Positions 42,060-52,290 of a stretch of 64,000 nt of DNA are shown in pieces. The stretch's first letter is position 1; the number at the start of each line of letters is the position of its first letter. The position numbers and the translations under genes are program-made. Origin of the DNA: Gammaproteobacteria bacterium. Its GTDB lineage: Bacteria; Pseudomonadota; Gammaproteobacteria; Ga0077536. Under the pieces are notes generated by a model. That model was given only the letters and a program-made list of their open reading frames with translations. It was not told where the DNA came from and ran no database searches. The stretch covers positions 1,056,001 through 1,120,000 of the forward strand of contig CAXXLL010000003.1 in NCBI GenBank assembly GCA_963662545.2, in the 5' to 3' direction.

Positions 42060-43937
42060 TCACGGATCGATTATTTCCGCGACTGCTGCGTCGATGCCCG
42101 AGTAATCGCGACGGACGGCGGCGGCCCTTTTTCTCGCTTCAAGTAAAAAGCTTCGCGCCGCGTCCAGATCACGCGCGTCGGCGGCCCATTCGGCAAGCAG
42201 ATACCAAGGAAACGGATCAAAGGGATCGCCCGCGGTTGCATTTTTGATCATTTCGCGAGCAATCCGACTGTCGCCCAGCCGATGACGCAGAAGGGCAGCG
42301 TAGATGCTGGATCGATATCCGAGTGCTGCTGGAATCGGCCGCTCGGCCGCCGCCTGCAGGGCTAGACTCAAGTGCTCCTGGTTCAGGAAGCAGTGTCCGT
42401 CGAGAGTCTGGCCCGCCAGAAAAATGAGCGTGTCGACGGTGAAGTTGCTCAAAATTCGCGTTTCACCGACAGCATCGAACACGCGGGCGGCATCGGTGCC
42501 GACGGTGCCGTCGCGCGCGCAATGTACGCGTAATCCGTGAACTGCTAAAGCGATCGATTCCGCTCCATCCAGGGTCGCTAGCGCGGCGGAAAAATCGCCG
42601 CGCACGGTTTGCCATTCTGCCAGCGTGACGCGCGCGCGAACCGACGTGGGGTGGGCCTGCAAGGATGCTCGATAGAGCCCACCCTCCTCGCCCCAGAGTT
42701 GTGCGCGAAGCGAGGTCGCGCCGGCGAAAACCACTACGATGGCCATTCCGGCGAGTGCCGCGAGTCTGCGCTTTTCGATCTTGACCGCCACGCCACACCC
42801 GATTAAGACGATGCCCGCCGAAGGTAGATAGTTGCGATGCTCGACCATCAGTTCAAGCCCGAACAGCGTCGATTCGAGCGCCTGGCCGACGAAGAACAGG
42901 AGGATGCCGAGGGCGACGAGGGGCGCCCGCACCCGCAGCAAGTATGCCCCCGCAATCATCAAGGTGAGCACCGCGACGGCAGCGATGGTATCGGGTTCGC
43001 CGATGAAGGATTGAGAGACCCGGATGTCGTCGTGATAGAAACCCATATCGCCCTGCCGGGGCACAATGATCCATTGCAGGTAGCTGACGAGGACGCGCGC
43101 CTGGGTCAGGAGGCGCTCGAGGAGTGTGAAGTCGCGGATCGCGTAAGCGCCGAGGACATGCTTCTCGACATCGCTCAATATGCACGCCGCGGCCACACCG
43201 TAGGGCACCAGCAAGCCGGCGACGAAAACCCACACGAGCCAGTGCGGCCGCGCGTGTCTGGAACTAGCGAACACGGTCCATTCGATCGCCGCCAAGAACA
43301 GCGGCAGCAATAACCCGGTCTCCTTGGACAGCGCCGCCAGCGGTGTGAATACGAAGAACGCCGAACAGATGGCGAAACCGTGACGCCTTCCTCCCGTATA
43401 AGCGATCCGGCCCCGCACGTAGGCAAGCATACCGAGCACACAGAACAGGGCGGACAGCTGGGTCATGCGTTGTACCGTGTACATCACCGTGCTCACGTGC
43501 AGTGGGTGAATCAGCCATATCAGCGCACCGAATAAGGCCACGGCGCGCGCGCTCCGCACGGTGCTTCCGCAGGCATAAAACAGCTCCGTGAAAAGCGCGA
43601 ACAGCGCGACTCCAATCGCCATATGAATCAGGGCGTTGGTTGCTTTCCAGTACCACAGTCCATCGCCGTTGAGTGCTGCGTTCGCAGCGAAAGTCACCAT
43701 CGCTAGGGGACGTCCTAACGGACCGCTGTCACTGAACAGGTAGGTCAACCACCCATGATCCGCCGCGCCCCGCTCGAGCAGCGGCGCCAACACCGTGGTG
43801 TCGTCGAGTAGGAGCGGACCGGACAAGGCGGGTAGGTAGAGTACGAAACAAAGCGCGCACCCGAGCGCCAAGCCGCAAGCTGCTTCGCCGGTTTTCGAGG
43901 CGCACGGCGGGCCAGCGTCGACCCTAGGGCTAGGCAT
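42060..43937 (-). CDS. TMTC/TfpW-like GT-C membrane glycosyltransferase with helical (TPR-like) C-terminus, copy 2
   Basis: LLLDD, GRPLAM, HPLHVSTVMYTVQRM, SKE, ERLLTQ, EHRNYLPS; many TM segments. Confidence 0.8.
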   Translation of the reverse strand: MPSPRVDAGPPCASKTGEAACGLALGCALCFVLYLPALSGPLLLDDTTVLAPLLERGAADHGWLTYLFSDSGPLGRPLAMVTFAANAALNGDGLWYWKATNALIHMAIGVALFALFTELFYACGSTVRSARAVALFGALIWLIHPLHVSTVMYTVQRMTQLSALFCVLGMLAYVRGRIAYTGGRRHGFAICSAFFVFTPLAALSKETGLLLPLFLAAIEWTVFASSRHARPHWLVWVFVAGLLVPYGVAAACILSDVEKHVLGAYAIRDFTLLERLLTQARVLVSYLQWIIVPRQGDMGFYHDDIRVSQSFIGEPDTIAAVAVLTLMIAGAYLLRVRAPLVALGILLFFVGQALESTLFGLELMVEHRNYLPSAGIVLIGCGVAVKIEKRRLAALAGMAIVVVFAGATSLRAQLWGEEGGLYRASLQAHPTSVRARVTLAEWQTVRGDFSAALATLDGAESIALAVHGLRVHCARDGTVGTDAARVFDAVGETRILSNFTVDTLIFLAGQTLDGHCFLNQEHLSLALQAAAERPIPAALGYRSSIYAALLRHRLGDSRIAREMIKNATAGDPFDPFPWYLLAEWAADARDLDAARSFLLEARKRAAAVRRDYSGIDAAVAEIIDP

Positions 43938-45825
43938 CTTCTGGCACGGCATTGATCAGCACTTTGAGCCGGCGCCGCAAAGGCCGCTGCGTAAACACCG
44001 TTTTCCATGGCAAGCTCCTCCTCACCTGCCGCGCGAGTTGTGCCGCTTCCCGTGTTCTACCGACCCCGAACAAGGCCTCCGCGAAACGCGCCCGGGTGAC
44101 GTAGGAGGCCGTCGTTTTCGAGGCGAGTTCTTCGAGTATTGCAAGCCCGGCGGGCGTATCTCCGAGCACGCGTATGTAATAGATCGCGAGCCATTCGACG
44201 AGCTGCTGCCGCGCGCCGTCCGTCAACGGTGGCCCGCCGAGGATGGCCTCGGTCAGATCCCGCACGACGGCGGGCGCCGGGGTGCAGCGTCCGTAAGCCT
44301 GGCACTTGACGAAATGCTGGAACAATCCGATGCGGACGACATCGCGGTCTTCGGTGCGCAAGGCCGCGAGTACGCGTTCGATCCGCGCACCATCTCCATC
44401 GTCGACTCCCGAACTGATCAAGGCCGTCAAGGCCAGGGTCGGTATCGGCGCGAGTTCCGCCGCCCGTTCCATGGCATCGACACCCGACTTACGGACAACG
44501 CGATCACCATCGGCAGCACCGCGCTCCAGCCGCACCCGTCCGAGCTCGTATTGCGAACGCGCCGATTGCGGGTGATGCAGCACTTCAAACTCGATTCGAA
44601 CGTCCGGGTCCGACCAGATCGACGCGCGGATCGCGGTAACGCTGCCGCACACCGCTATGGCTGCAGCAGCGAGAAGCAGACGGCCGCCTCGCCAGCGCAA
44701 GCGTGCTAGCCATTCGTCCACGGCGGTGACCAACATGAAGATCAACCCGATTGCCGGAAGATAGTTCCGATGTTCGTGCACGAGCTCCAGAGGATAAATG
44801 GTCGATTCCAGCAGATGCCCCACCAGAAACCAGCTGATACCGAACGCCACGTATCGTCGCCGCGTTGCCAACGCCCCCGCCACTAAAGCGGCCAGCGCGG
44901 CGAGCGACAGGAGTGTCGAAGGGGGGTCCAGCAGGCCCCGGGAGAGCCGGATATCGTCGTGAAACAGCGCGAAGCTGGCCAGGTCCGGGATCAGGAGCTG
45001 GCGCAGATAGAACATCAGTACGCGAGCCTCGGTCAGGAGCCGCTCGGCCAGCGAAAAGCTTCGGCCCGCGTATCCGCCGAGCAGCGTATCGGGCGTAAGG
45101 ATCAGGATTACCGCCACCGAGCAGGTGCCGGCAATGACGGCTCCCCGGTAAATGGGTCGCAGCCGGCTTCCCGCCTCAAATCGGAATACCGAGAATTCGA
45201 GGACGAGGACATACAAAGGCAGCAATAGCGCGGTCTCCTTGGTCAACAATCCTAAAGCCCAACTCGCCACGACCGCCAGCCACCAGAATCCCGCAACGCG
45301 ACCGCCCTGAATCTGTCGTACGCGAATCGCCGCATAGAGCACGAGCGCGATCAGCATCCATGTACCGCTGAGGCTCGTCATGCGCTGCACCACGTAGAGT
45401 ACCGAAGTCAGATTGAGCGGATGCACCGCCCACAGAGCCGCGGCCACACAGGCCACCACGGCGCTCGCGGAACGCGAAGACGGGCTAAGTGCCGTGCATA
45501 TCAGCTGCAGCAACAACAATACGAGTACCGCATTGACGACGTGGATCGCGATATTCGTCACTTTGAACGGGACGGGATCGATTCCGGTCAACGTGCGGTT
45601 CGCCGCAAACGACAGCATTGCCACCGGACGCTTGAGGGGGCCTGAGGTCGACGAGAAAGCGGCATCGAGCAAGGTTACGGGCCGGCCAGGATCGATATCG
45701 AGTTCGTCGTTCAGGACGATCGCGAAATAGTCGTCAAAGGCGAAGCCGCCGCCGATACCGGGGACGTAAACGACCGTGGCAAGCATTGCCACGAGGAGAA
45801 AGGGAAGCGCCGGTCTCAGCGCCAC
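43930..45825 (-). CDS. TMTC/TfpW-like GT-C membrane glycosyltransferase with helical (TPR-like) C-terminus, copy 1
   Basis: FAFDD, KRPVAMLSF, HPLNLTSVLYVVQRM, TKE, ERLLTE, EHRNYLPA; many TM segments. Confidence 0.82.
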   Translation of the reverse strand: MALRPALPFLLVAMLATVVYVPGIGGGFAFDDYFAIVLNDELDIDPGRPVTLLDAAFSSTSGPLKRPVAMLSFAANRTLTGIDPVPFKVTNIAIHVVNAVLVLLLLQLICTALSPSSRSASAVVACVAAALWAVHPLNLTSVLYVVQRMTSLSGTWMLIALVLYAAIRVRQIQGGRVAGFWWLAVVASWALGLLTKETALLLPLYVLVLEFSVFRFEAGSRLRPIYRGAVIAGTCSVAVILILTPDTLLGGYAGRSFSLAERLLTEARVLMFYLRQLLIPDLASFALFHDDIRLSRGLLDPPSTLLSLAALAALVAGALATRRRYVAFGISWFLVGHLLESTIYPLELVHEHRNYLPAIGLIFMLVTAVDEWLARLRWRGGRLLLAAAAIAVCGSVTAIRASIWSDPDVRIEFEVLHHPQSARSQYELGRVRLERGAADGDRVVRKSGVDAMERAAELAPIPTLALTALISSGVDDGDGARIERVLAALRTEDRDVVRIGLFQHFVKCQAYGRCTPAPAVVRDLTEAILGGPPLTDGARQQLVEWLAIYYIRVLGDTPAGLAILEELASKTTASYVTRARFAEALFGVGRTREAAQLARQVRRSLPWKTVFTQRPLRRRLKVLINAVPEDA

Positions 45826-45841
45826 TGGCGTTCAGGTTAGT

Positions 45842-45878
45842 AAAAAAAAAGCACGCTGCGTTTCCGCAGCGTGCTTTC
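45842..45878 (-). terminator. Intrinsic terminator after pilA
   Basis: Minus strand AAAGCACGCTGCG-GAAA-CGCAGCGTGC followed by a T9 run. Confidence 0.9.
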
Positions 45879-45898
45879 TATCCAGCTATGCCGCGAAA

Positions 45899-46321
45899 TC
45901 AGCCGCGGCAAGAAGACGGACGATACTTACCTTCGAGGTTGCCGCCCTGCGAGCAGTTCCATACGACCTTGCCGCCACCCGTAGTCGGACGCAGCTCAAG
46001 CGTCGAATTTTGGATCGCAGGTGTCGAGAACGTAATGACGATAGTGCCGTTCGTGTTAATTGCGACGTTATCGACCGAGTTGCCGCTGATATCTTCCGAC
46101 GTAGCAAGACCCGCCTGGGTGTTGTTGGTCGGGATGGTGCCGTTGCTGGCAAAATATTCCGATAAGGCGGTCTTGCCGGCCGACGCGAGGCTCAAGCCTT
46201 CGGTGACCCTGGCGCGAACGATGTAATCCTGATAGGCGGGAATGGCTACCGCGGCCAGGATGCCGATAATCGCGACCACGATCATCAGCTCGATGAGCGT
46301 AAAACCTTGTTGTCTCTTCAT
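45899..46321 (-). CDS. pilA: Type IVa major pilin
   Basis: [33 protein letters not shown]; C-terminal disulfide loop WNC..PSSCRG; GGAG RBS. Confidence 0.96.
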   Translation of the reverse strand: MKRQQGFTLIELMIVVAIIGILAAVAIPAYQDYIVRARVTEGLSLASAGKTALSEYFASNGTIPTNNTQAGLATSEDISGNSVDNVAINTNGTIVITFSTPAIQNSTLELRPTTGGGKVVWNCSQGGNLEGKYRPSSCRG

Positions 46322-46444
46322 GCGAGGTCTCCTTAAAATAAATTCTCTTCGACGTTGTTTGCAGCGGGCCCGCGTTCGGGATCCGCCTCGATTTAAAATC
46401 CAGTGGGGCAGCATTTGTTGCTTATGACCCGTGCGTCGAAGGAA

Positions 46445-46460
46445 AGCAGGTTCCGTGCCA
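46445..46460 (-). promoter_or_regulatory. Sigma54 promoter of pilA
   Basis: TGGCACGGAACCTGCT fits the -24 GG / -12 GC consensus; PilR gene adjacent. Confidence 0.8.
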
Positions 46461-46558
46461 GCTTTGTCCGATGCGACGAGAAGCGCCTCGCCGCTGCACT
46501 TAAGCGTCCTCCGCTAGCCATGCAAGACGCTAGTTACGGGTGGGATCGAACGCAGAAT

Positions 46559-46584
46559 CGTCAGAAAGTGACGCCTAGCGTCAC
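46559..46584. promoter_or_regulatory. Putative PilR enhancer site
   Basis: CGTCA-N5-TGACG-N5-CGTCA overlapping palindromes about 100 nt upstream of the sigma54 site. Confidence 0.5.
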
Positions 46585-46606
46585 CCCCGCGGATTCCCGA
46601 AACCGG

Positions 46607-47938
46607 CTAATGTTTATCGATATCAAGCTTCTGGAGCCGATAGCGCAGTGCCCGAAAGCTGATGCCGAGCTGCTTCGCGGCCCGGGTTTTGTTCCAGCGG
46701 GTTTGTTCGAGGGCCTCGAGGATGCGTTTGCGCTCGACATCGTCGAGATAGCTCTGAAGCTCGCCATCGGCGTCGATCCCCGCCGCCGCGTGCGCCGTCT
46801 GCCCGGCGCCCGGCAGGCGCAGATCCTCGGGCCTGATCGTGTCTTGGTCGCATAGCGTCATCGCGCGTTCCAGGATATTCTCGAGTTCCCTGACATTGCC
46901 GGGAAAACCGTAGGCCTTGAGTGCGGCGTGCGCGCTCGGATCGAGGATCGGCACCGACACGCCGATTTCCTCGCTTCGGACCGAGAGGAAATGGTCGATC
47001 AGCAGCGCGACATCGTCCGGCCGTTCACGCAGCGGCGGAACTGCAATCTCGATGACATTGATGCGGTAATAAAGATCCTGGCGAAACTCCCCGGCATCGA
47101 CCAGCTTGCTGAGATTCTTGTGCGTTGCCGACAGGATGCGGCAGTCGACCGCCATTTCCTCTTCGGCACCGACCGGCCTGATGCGTTTCTCCTGGATCGC
47201 ACGCAATAACTTGACTTGCATATGGATTGGTAATTCCGCAATTTCGTCGAGAAACAGGGTCCCGCCATCGGCCGCTTGAAACAGGCCCTGCTTGTTGGCG
47301 ACGGCGCCGGTGAAACTACCCTTTTTGTGGCCGAACAATTCGCTTTCCATGAGGTCCGTCGGTATCGCTCCGCAGTTCACAGGGACGAAGGCCGCCATCG
47401 CTCGCGGACCTTGTTCGTGGATCAGACGCGCGACTAGTTCCTTGCCGGTTCCCGATTCACCGCCGATGTACACGGGCGCCTGACTGCGGGCGAGCTTCGC
47501 AATCGTTTCCCGGAGTTGTTCAATAGCAGCAGAGTTGCCGATCAAGGCGCGTGAAGGCGAGCGGGGTGATCCGCTGAGTTTGAGTGCCTGGGAGACCAGG
47601 TTGCGGAGGTCCAGGAGATCCACCGGTTTTGTGACGAAATCAAACGCCCCTGATTTGAGCGCTGTTATCGCCGTCTCCATGTTGCCGTGTGCGGTGATGA
47701 CCGCGACCGGCATGTGGGGATACCGTCGTGCCACAAAGGCCACGAGATCGAGACCGTTACCGTCCGGCAGCTTCATGTCGGTCAGACACAAGTCGAACGA
47801 GTTCGATTCCAGAAGTTGCTCGGCCTCGGCAATATCCGCGGCCGCCTCGCAGTCGATATCCATGCGGCCGAGGGTTATCGCGAGCAGTTCGCGAATGTCG
47901 GGTTCGTCGTCGACTATTAAAGCGCGGTGTTCGCTCAT
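46607..47938 (-). CDS. pilR: Sigma54-dependent response regulator PilR
   Basis: Receiver domain, GESGTGKE, GSFTGA, C-terminal RWNKT.AA..LGISFRALRYRL. Confidence 0.93.
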   Translation of the reverse strand: MSEHRALIVDDEPDIRELLAITLGRMDIDCEAAADIAEAEQLLESNSFDLCLTDMKLPDGNGLDLVAFVARRYPHMPVAVITAHGNMETAITALKSGAFDFVTKPVDLLDLRNLVSQALKLSGSPRSPSRALIGNSAAIEQLRETIAKLARSQAPVYIGGESGTGKELVARLIHEQGPRAMAAFVPVNCGAIPTDLMESELFGHKKGSFTGAVANKQGLFQAADGGTLFLDEIAELPIHMQVKLLRAIQEKRIRPVGAEEEMAVDCRILSATHKNLSKLVDAGEFRQDLYYRINVIEIAVPPLRERPDDVALLIDHFLSVRSEEIGVSVPILDPSAHAALKAYGFPGNVRELENILERAMTLCDQDTIRPEDLRLPGAGQTAHAAAGIDADGELQSYLDDVERKRILEALEQTRWNKTRAAKQLGISFRALRYRLQKLDIDKH

Positions 47939-49566
47939 ACTTCACCGAATCTCTGCTGCTTGGCAGGCGGTGCGAACATGATTCGGAAACGGCAGCCATG
48001 ATCGCGATTTTCCAACCGCAGCGAAGCCTGGTTGGATTCACACAATTCACGGGCAATATACAGGCCCAGTCCGGTGCCGTTCGCTTCCTGTGTAGCGAAC
48101 GGTTCGAACAGCCGATCGGCGATCGCGTCGTCCAGGCCGGGCCCTGAATCGATGACATCTAGAAACGGCCGGCCATTGGATTTATTGAATCCGGCCTCAA
48201 ACTTCAACCGCGGCGCTGTTTGGGCGTATCTGAGTCCGTTCTCGCACAGGTTCCACATCACTTGATGCAGCTGGCTTTTGTCCATGGTGACAACGACCGT
48301 ATCGTTCAACCAACGGATGTCCAGGTCCTCCTCGCTCAAGTCGAAGCGTTCCTGCAATTCGTCACGGAAATGCTGCAACCACGGCCGCAATTCGAAACTT
48401 TCGGTCACGACGTCCTTGCGGCGCCCGATCATCAGGATGTTTTCTATGATCGAATTAACGCGTTGCGTATGCTCGCTGATGATATCCGTTAGGCGCCGAT
48501 CTTCCGGTAAGATGGCAGGCGATTCGGACAGGAGCTGACCGGCATGGCTGATCGCGCCGAGAGGATTGCGGATTTCGTGCGCAATGCTCGCCGTCAACCT
48601 GCCGAGCGAAGCAAGCTTCAATTGCTGCGCCCTTTGACGCGTTTCGGCGGCGTCCTCCAGAAAAACGAGCGTCCCAAGCTGACCGCGCTTGCCGGGACCG
48701 AGGTCGGTGAACGACACCAGCGCATTGATACTCCCTCTCCCCGTAATGGTGTTTTCCGGATTCTCGCCCGTGCGGAGCCAGGTCCGGTAAGCTTGTTCCA
48801 TCTCTATGGACACATCTCGCAGTTCGCGTCTCAACTCCTCCGTATCACGCCCGAGAATCTCCGCCGCCGCGTCATTCAGTAAGACGACGTTCGACGCTTT
48901 GTCCAGGACCATGATGCCGGCACGCATGCGCCGCACGATGTGCTCGTTCAACAAGGAAAGATTTTCGATATCGATCGCACGTTCTTCCGCGAGCGCCTCG
49001 CTCCGTCGCGCGCGTTCGGCCAGCGCTGATGCGAGTATCGCAGTACCGAAGCAGGCCGCGCCCAGCAGCCCTGCCTGAGTATAGTTGGCGCTCGAATAGT
49101 CGAGATAAACCGCCCCGAAAACGGTCTCCCCGAGAAAGGCGAAGCTGGCGAGCGCACCGAAGAACACTGCGGTGCGCCCGGACGCAAGCACGCACGCCCC
49201 GGCGATGGAAACCAGCATCAGCATACCGATACCGCTCGTCACACCTCCCGCCGCGTGCATCAGCAGCATAATGGCGACGATATCAACCAGGACCATGCCG
49301 TATACCTGGTATCGGTATTCGTATCGTTGTTGTTCGACCACGATCTGAGCAACCGCGGCAAGCCCGACGTAAATCATTGACGTAACCGTGAACAGCCGCG
49401 CGGCGGGATCGGACAGATTGGGCGGCAGCTTTCCGATCATGCTCAGAGCGGCGAAGAGCCCGGATATCACGATCCGATAGAAATTGAAATACCGCAGGGC
49501 ATTCCAATTCGTCTGCTCGACGCGATGCGAAACTTCCGCATAAGCCGCGATCGAGGCGTCCATCAC
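47935..49566 (-). CDS. pilS: Sensor histidine kinase PilS
   Basis: FNFYR, TM bundle, KLASLGRLTASIAHEIRNPL, GTGLGL. Confidence 0.92.
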   Translation of the reverse strand: MMDASIAAYAEVSHRVEQTNWNALRYFNFYRIVISGLFAALSMIGKLPPNLSDPAARLFTVTSMIYVGLAAVAQIVVEQQRYEYRYQVYGMVLVDIVAIMLLMHAAGGVTSGIGMLMLVSIAGACVLASGRTAVFFGALASFAFLGETVFGAVYLDYSSANYTQAGLLGAACFGTAILASALAERARRSEALAEERAIDIENLSLLNEHIVRRMRAGIMVLDKASNVVLLNDAAAEILGRDTEELRRELRDVSIEMEQAYRTWLRTGENPENTITGRGSINALVSFTDLGPGKRGQLGTLVFLEDAAETRQRAQQLKLASLGRLTASIAHEIRNPLGAISHAGQLLSESPAILPEDRRLTDIISEHTQRVNSIIENILMIGRRKDVVTESFELRPWLQHFRDELQERFDLSEEDLDIRWLNDTVVVTMDKSQLHQVMWNLCENGLRYAQTAPRLKFEAGFNKSNGRPFLDVIDSGPGLDDAIADRLFEPFATQEANGTGLGLYIARELCESNQASLRLENRDHGCRFRIMFAPPAKQQRFGEV

Positions 49567-49787
49567 CTTACCTGATCCTGCGCCGCGTGCGCCGGCGAGC
49601 AGTACGTGCGCCCATCGCGCGTGATGCTCTCGCCGTGCGGAAAATAAACCTCACAATGGGCACAGCGAGCCGTCTTGGCCTCGATGATTCGAGGGCCGTC
49701 AACCGATTTTGTCATCGCTCTCACCTGACGCATGATCGCCACCAGACAAACGAACAAAAGGACGGCAATGATGACTCGAACGAGCAC
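49563..49787 (-). CDS. PP0621-like small membrane protein
   Basis: TM segment plus CAHC..P..YCS.AH motif; upstream of pilS. Confidence 0.8.
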   Translation of the reverse strand: MLVRVIIAVLLFVCLVAIMRQVRAMTKSVDGPRIIEAKTARCAHCEVYFPHGESITRDGRTYCSPAHAAQDQVR

Positions 49788-49935
49788 TAGTCAATTCGCT
49801 CTCTTGCAGAAGGGAAGAGTTTTGACAGAAGCTCGAGCGACCATGACAATGCACGCCGGACGCGCCATACTGGAATCCTGAAAATCACGTTCCATTTGCG
49901 CGTATGTTCACCCGTCGCACCGTCTGACTCAAGAC

Positions 49936-50103
49936 TAAGGAACCTCTGAATAAGTTATGGTGCGGGTGAATGGTGCATGAAATCGTGCAGATCAACGCAC
50001 GAAGCGCAGGCCATAGCGGGGACTATGGGCAAGATTCATAACGTAAGGCTCCGCGATTTCAAGCGCACGGCAGGTGTGCCATAACTTATTCAGAGGTTCC
50101 CTA
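49936..50103. mobile_element. 168-bp palindromic MITE-like element
   Basis: 25-bp TIR TA(A/G)GGAACCTCTGAATAAGTTATGG with one mismatch; central hairpin CCATAG-CGGGGA-CTATGG. Confidence 0.87.
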
Positions 50104-50159
50104 AAGATAATGATGATGGGTTCGCTATGTCGAACGTGCATCGACGATAAGGGGAAAGA

Positions 50160-51326
50160 ATGAATCTTCACGAGTATCAGGCAAAGCAGCTATTTGCCGA
50201 ATACGGCGTACCTGTCGCGCCCGGCGATGTCGCCCACAGCGCCGCCGAAGCGGTTGAACAGGCGCGTAAGCTGGGCGGTGACGCCTGGTTGGTGAAGGCG
50301 CAGGTTCACGCCGGCGGCCGTGGCAAAGCAGGCGGCATCAAGTTCACGAGGAATCTGTCCGAGCTCAAAGATGCCGCTCAATCCCTCATTGGTGCACAAC
50401 TCATTACGTCGCAATCGGCGCCTGACGGACAACCTGTCAACTGCGTTTTGATAGCGGCGGCGGCCGACATTGCACACGAACTATACTTGGGCGCGGTCAT
50501 AGACCGGGCCAGTCGTCGTATCGCCTTTATGGCCTCGCGCTCAGGGGGCATGGATATCGAAGAAGTCGCGGCTACGACGCCCGAGAAGATCGTCACCGTA
50601 ATGGTCGACCCGGTGCTCGGCTTGCAGGATTTTCAATGCCGTACAATCGCATTTGCGCTCGCCATGGACGCGGCTCAGCGCAAGCAATTACGAGCCATTC
50701 TGCATGGACTTTATCGATTGATTAACGAGCGCGATCTAAGCCTCGTTGAGATCAACCCCCTCGCCATCCTGGCCGATGGTTCGCTGTGCGCACTCGACGC
50801 AAAAATCAACGTCGACGACAACGCCTTATATCGGCAGCAAATAGCACAATGGCGGGATGCAAGCCAGGAAGATGATAAGGAAAGGCGTGCAAAGGAATTC
50901 GACCTGAGTTATGTGACGCTCGACGGCAACATCGCCTGCATGGTTAACGGCGCGGGTCTCGCCATGGCAACCATGGACATCATCAAGTTGAGTGGCGCGG
51001 AGCCCGCGAACTTTCTCGACGTGGGTGGCGATACGACGGCGGAACACGTCGCGGAAGCTTTCAAGATCATCGTATCCGACGGCAATGTCGAAGCGATCCT
51101 CGTCAACATCTTCGGTGGGATCGTGCGCTGCGACCTCATTGCCGAAGGCATTATCAACGCGATCAAGGAAGTCGGCGTCAGCGTTCCGGTCGTCGTTCGT
51201 CTAGAAGGAACGAACGTCGATGAGGGCAAGAAACTGCTGGCCGATAGCGGACTTTCGATCACGAGTGCTGATGACCTGGCGGACGCCGCGAAAAAGGCCT
51301 CGGCGGCCGTTGGAGGGAAAAGCTGA
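50160..51326 (+). CDS. sucC: Succinyl-CoA synthetase beta subunit
   Basis: [33 protein letters not shown]. Confidence 0.97.
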   Translation: MNLHEYQAKQLFAEYGVPVAPGDVAHSAAEAVEQARKLGGDAWLVKAQVHAGGRGKAGGIKFTRNLSELKDAAQSLIGAQLITSQSAPDGQPVNCVLIAAAADIAHELYLGAVIDRASRRIAFMASRSGGMDIEEVAATTPEKIVTVMVDPVLGLQDFQCRTIAFALAMDAAQRKQLRAILHGLYRLINERDLSLVEINPLAILADGSLCALDAKINVDDNALYRQQIAQWRDASQEDDKERRAKEFDLSYVTLDGNIACMVNGAGLAMATMDIIKLSGAEPANFLDVGGDTTAEHVAEAFKIIVSDGNVEAILVNIFGGIVRCDLIAEGIINAIKEVGVSVPVVVRLEGTNVDEGKKLLADSGLSITSADDLADAAKKASAAVGGKS

Positions 51327-52201
51327 TGTCGATTCTGATCAACAGCAACACGCGTGTTCTCGTGCAGGGGTTCACCGGCAAGCAGGGAACATTTCACGCG
51401 GAGCAAGCGATCGAATACGGCACTAAGATCGTCGGTGGGGTCACGCCCGGGCGCGGCGGCGGCAAACATCTTGATCTGCCGGTGTTCGATACGGTTGCCG
51501 ATGGAGTGCGCGAAACCGGCGCCGATGCGACGATGATCTTCGTACCGCCGCCGTTCGCGGCCGACGCGATCGTCGAAGCGGCAGATGCCGGAATTCGCGT
51601 CATTGCCTGCATCACCGAAGGGATACCTGTGCTCGACATGCTGCGGGTGAAAGCGAGCATCTCGGCGCGCGACGACGTGTATTTCATCGGCCCCAATTGC
51701 CCGGGCGTGATCACGCCCGGCGAATGCAAAATGGGAATCATGCCGGGGGCGATTCACCTGCCCGGGCGTGTGGGAATCGTTTCACGATCCGGCACCTTGA
51801 CCTACGAAGCGGTTCACCAGACTACGATCGCAAACCTGGGTCAGAGCACTTGTATCGGCATCGGAGGAGATCCGATCCACGGTATGAACTTCATCGACTG
51901 CCTGGAACTTTTTCAGCAGGACTCGAAAACCGAGGGGATTATCATGGTCGGTGAGATCGGCGGTTCCGCCGAGGAAGAAGCTGCGATCTTCATCAGTGAA
52001 CACGTGACCAAGCCCGTCGTCGGTTACATCGCCGGGGTCACCGCACCGCCGGGGAAAAGAATGGGTCACGCCGGCGCCATTATCTCGGGCGGCAAGGGTA
52101 CTGCTGACGACAAATTCGCGGCGCTCGAAAAGGCCGGCGTTCACACCGTGCGTTCGCCGGCCGAAATGGGCTTGTCCATGGCCAGGGCCCTCAACGCCTG
52201 A
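51326..52201 (+). CDS. sucD: Succinyl-CoA synthetase alpha subunit
   Basis: [27 protein letters not shown]. Confidence 0.97.
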   Translation: MSILINSNTRVLVQGFTGKQGTFHAEQAIEYGTKIVGGVTPGRGGGKHLDLPVFDTVADGVRETGADATMIFVPPPFAADAIVEAADAGIRVIACITEGIPVLDMLRVKASISARDDVYFIGPNCPGVITPGECKMGIMPGAIHLPGRVGIVSRSGTLTYEAVHQTTIANLGQSTCIGIGGDPIHGMNFIDCLELFQQDSKTEGIIMVGEIGGSAEEEAAIFISEHVTKPVVGYIAGVTAPPGKRMGHAGAIISGGKGTADDKFAALEKAGVHTVRSPAEMGLSMARALNA

Positions 52202-52290
52202 ACGCCCGTCACAACTCTCGGTTCTCCCGTGCCGCTCCACCTCTGAACGAATGTGCCCGGATCCCGGGCTGCGATCGCGGCTGACGAGTC

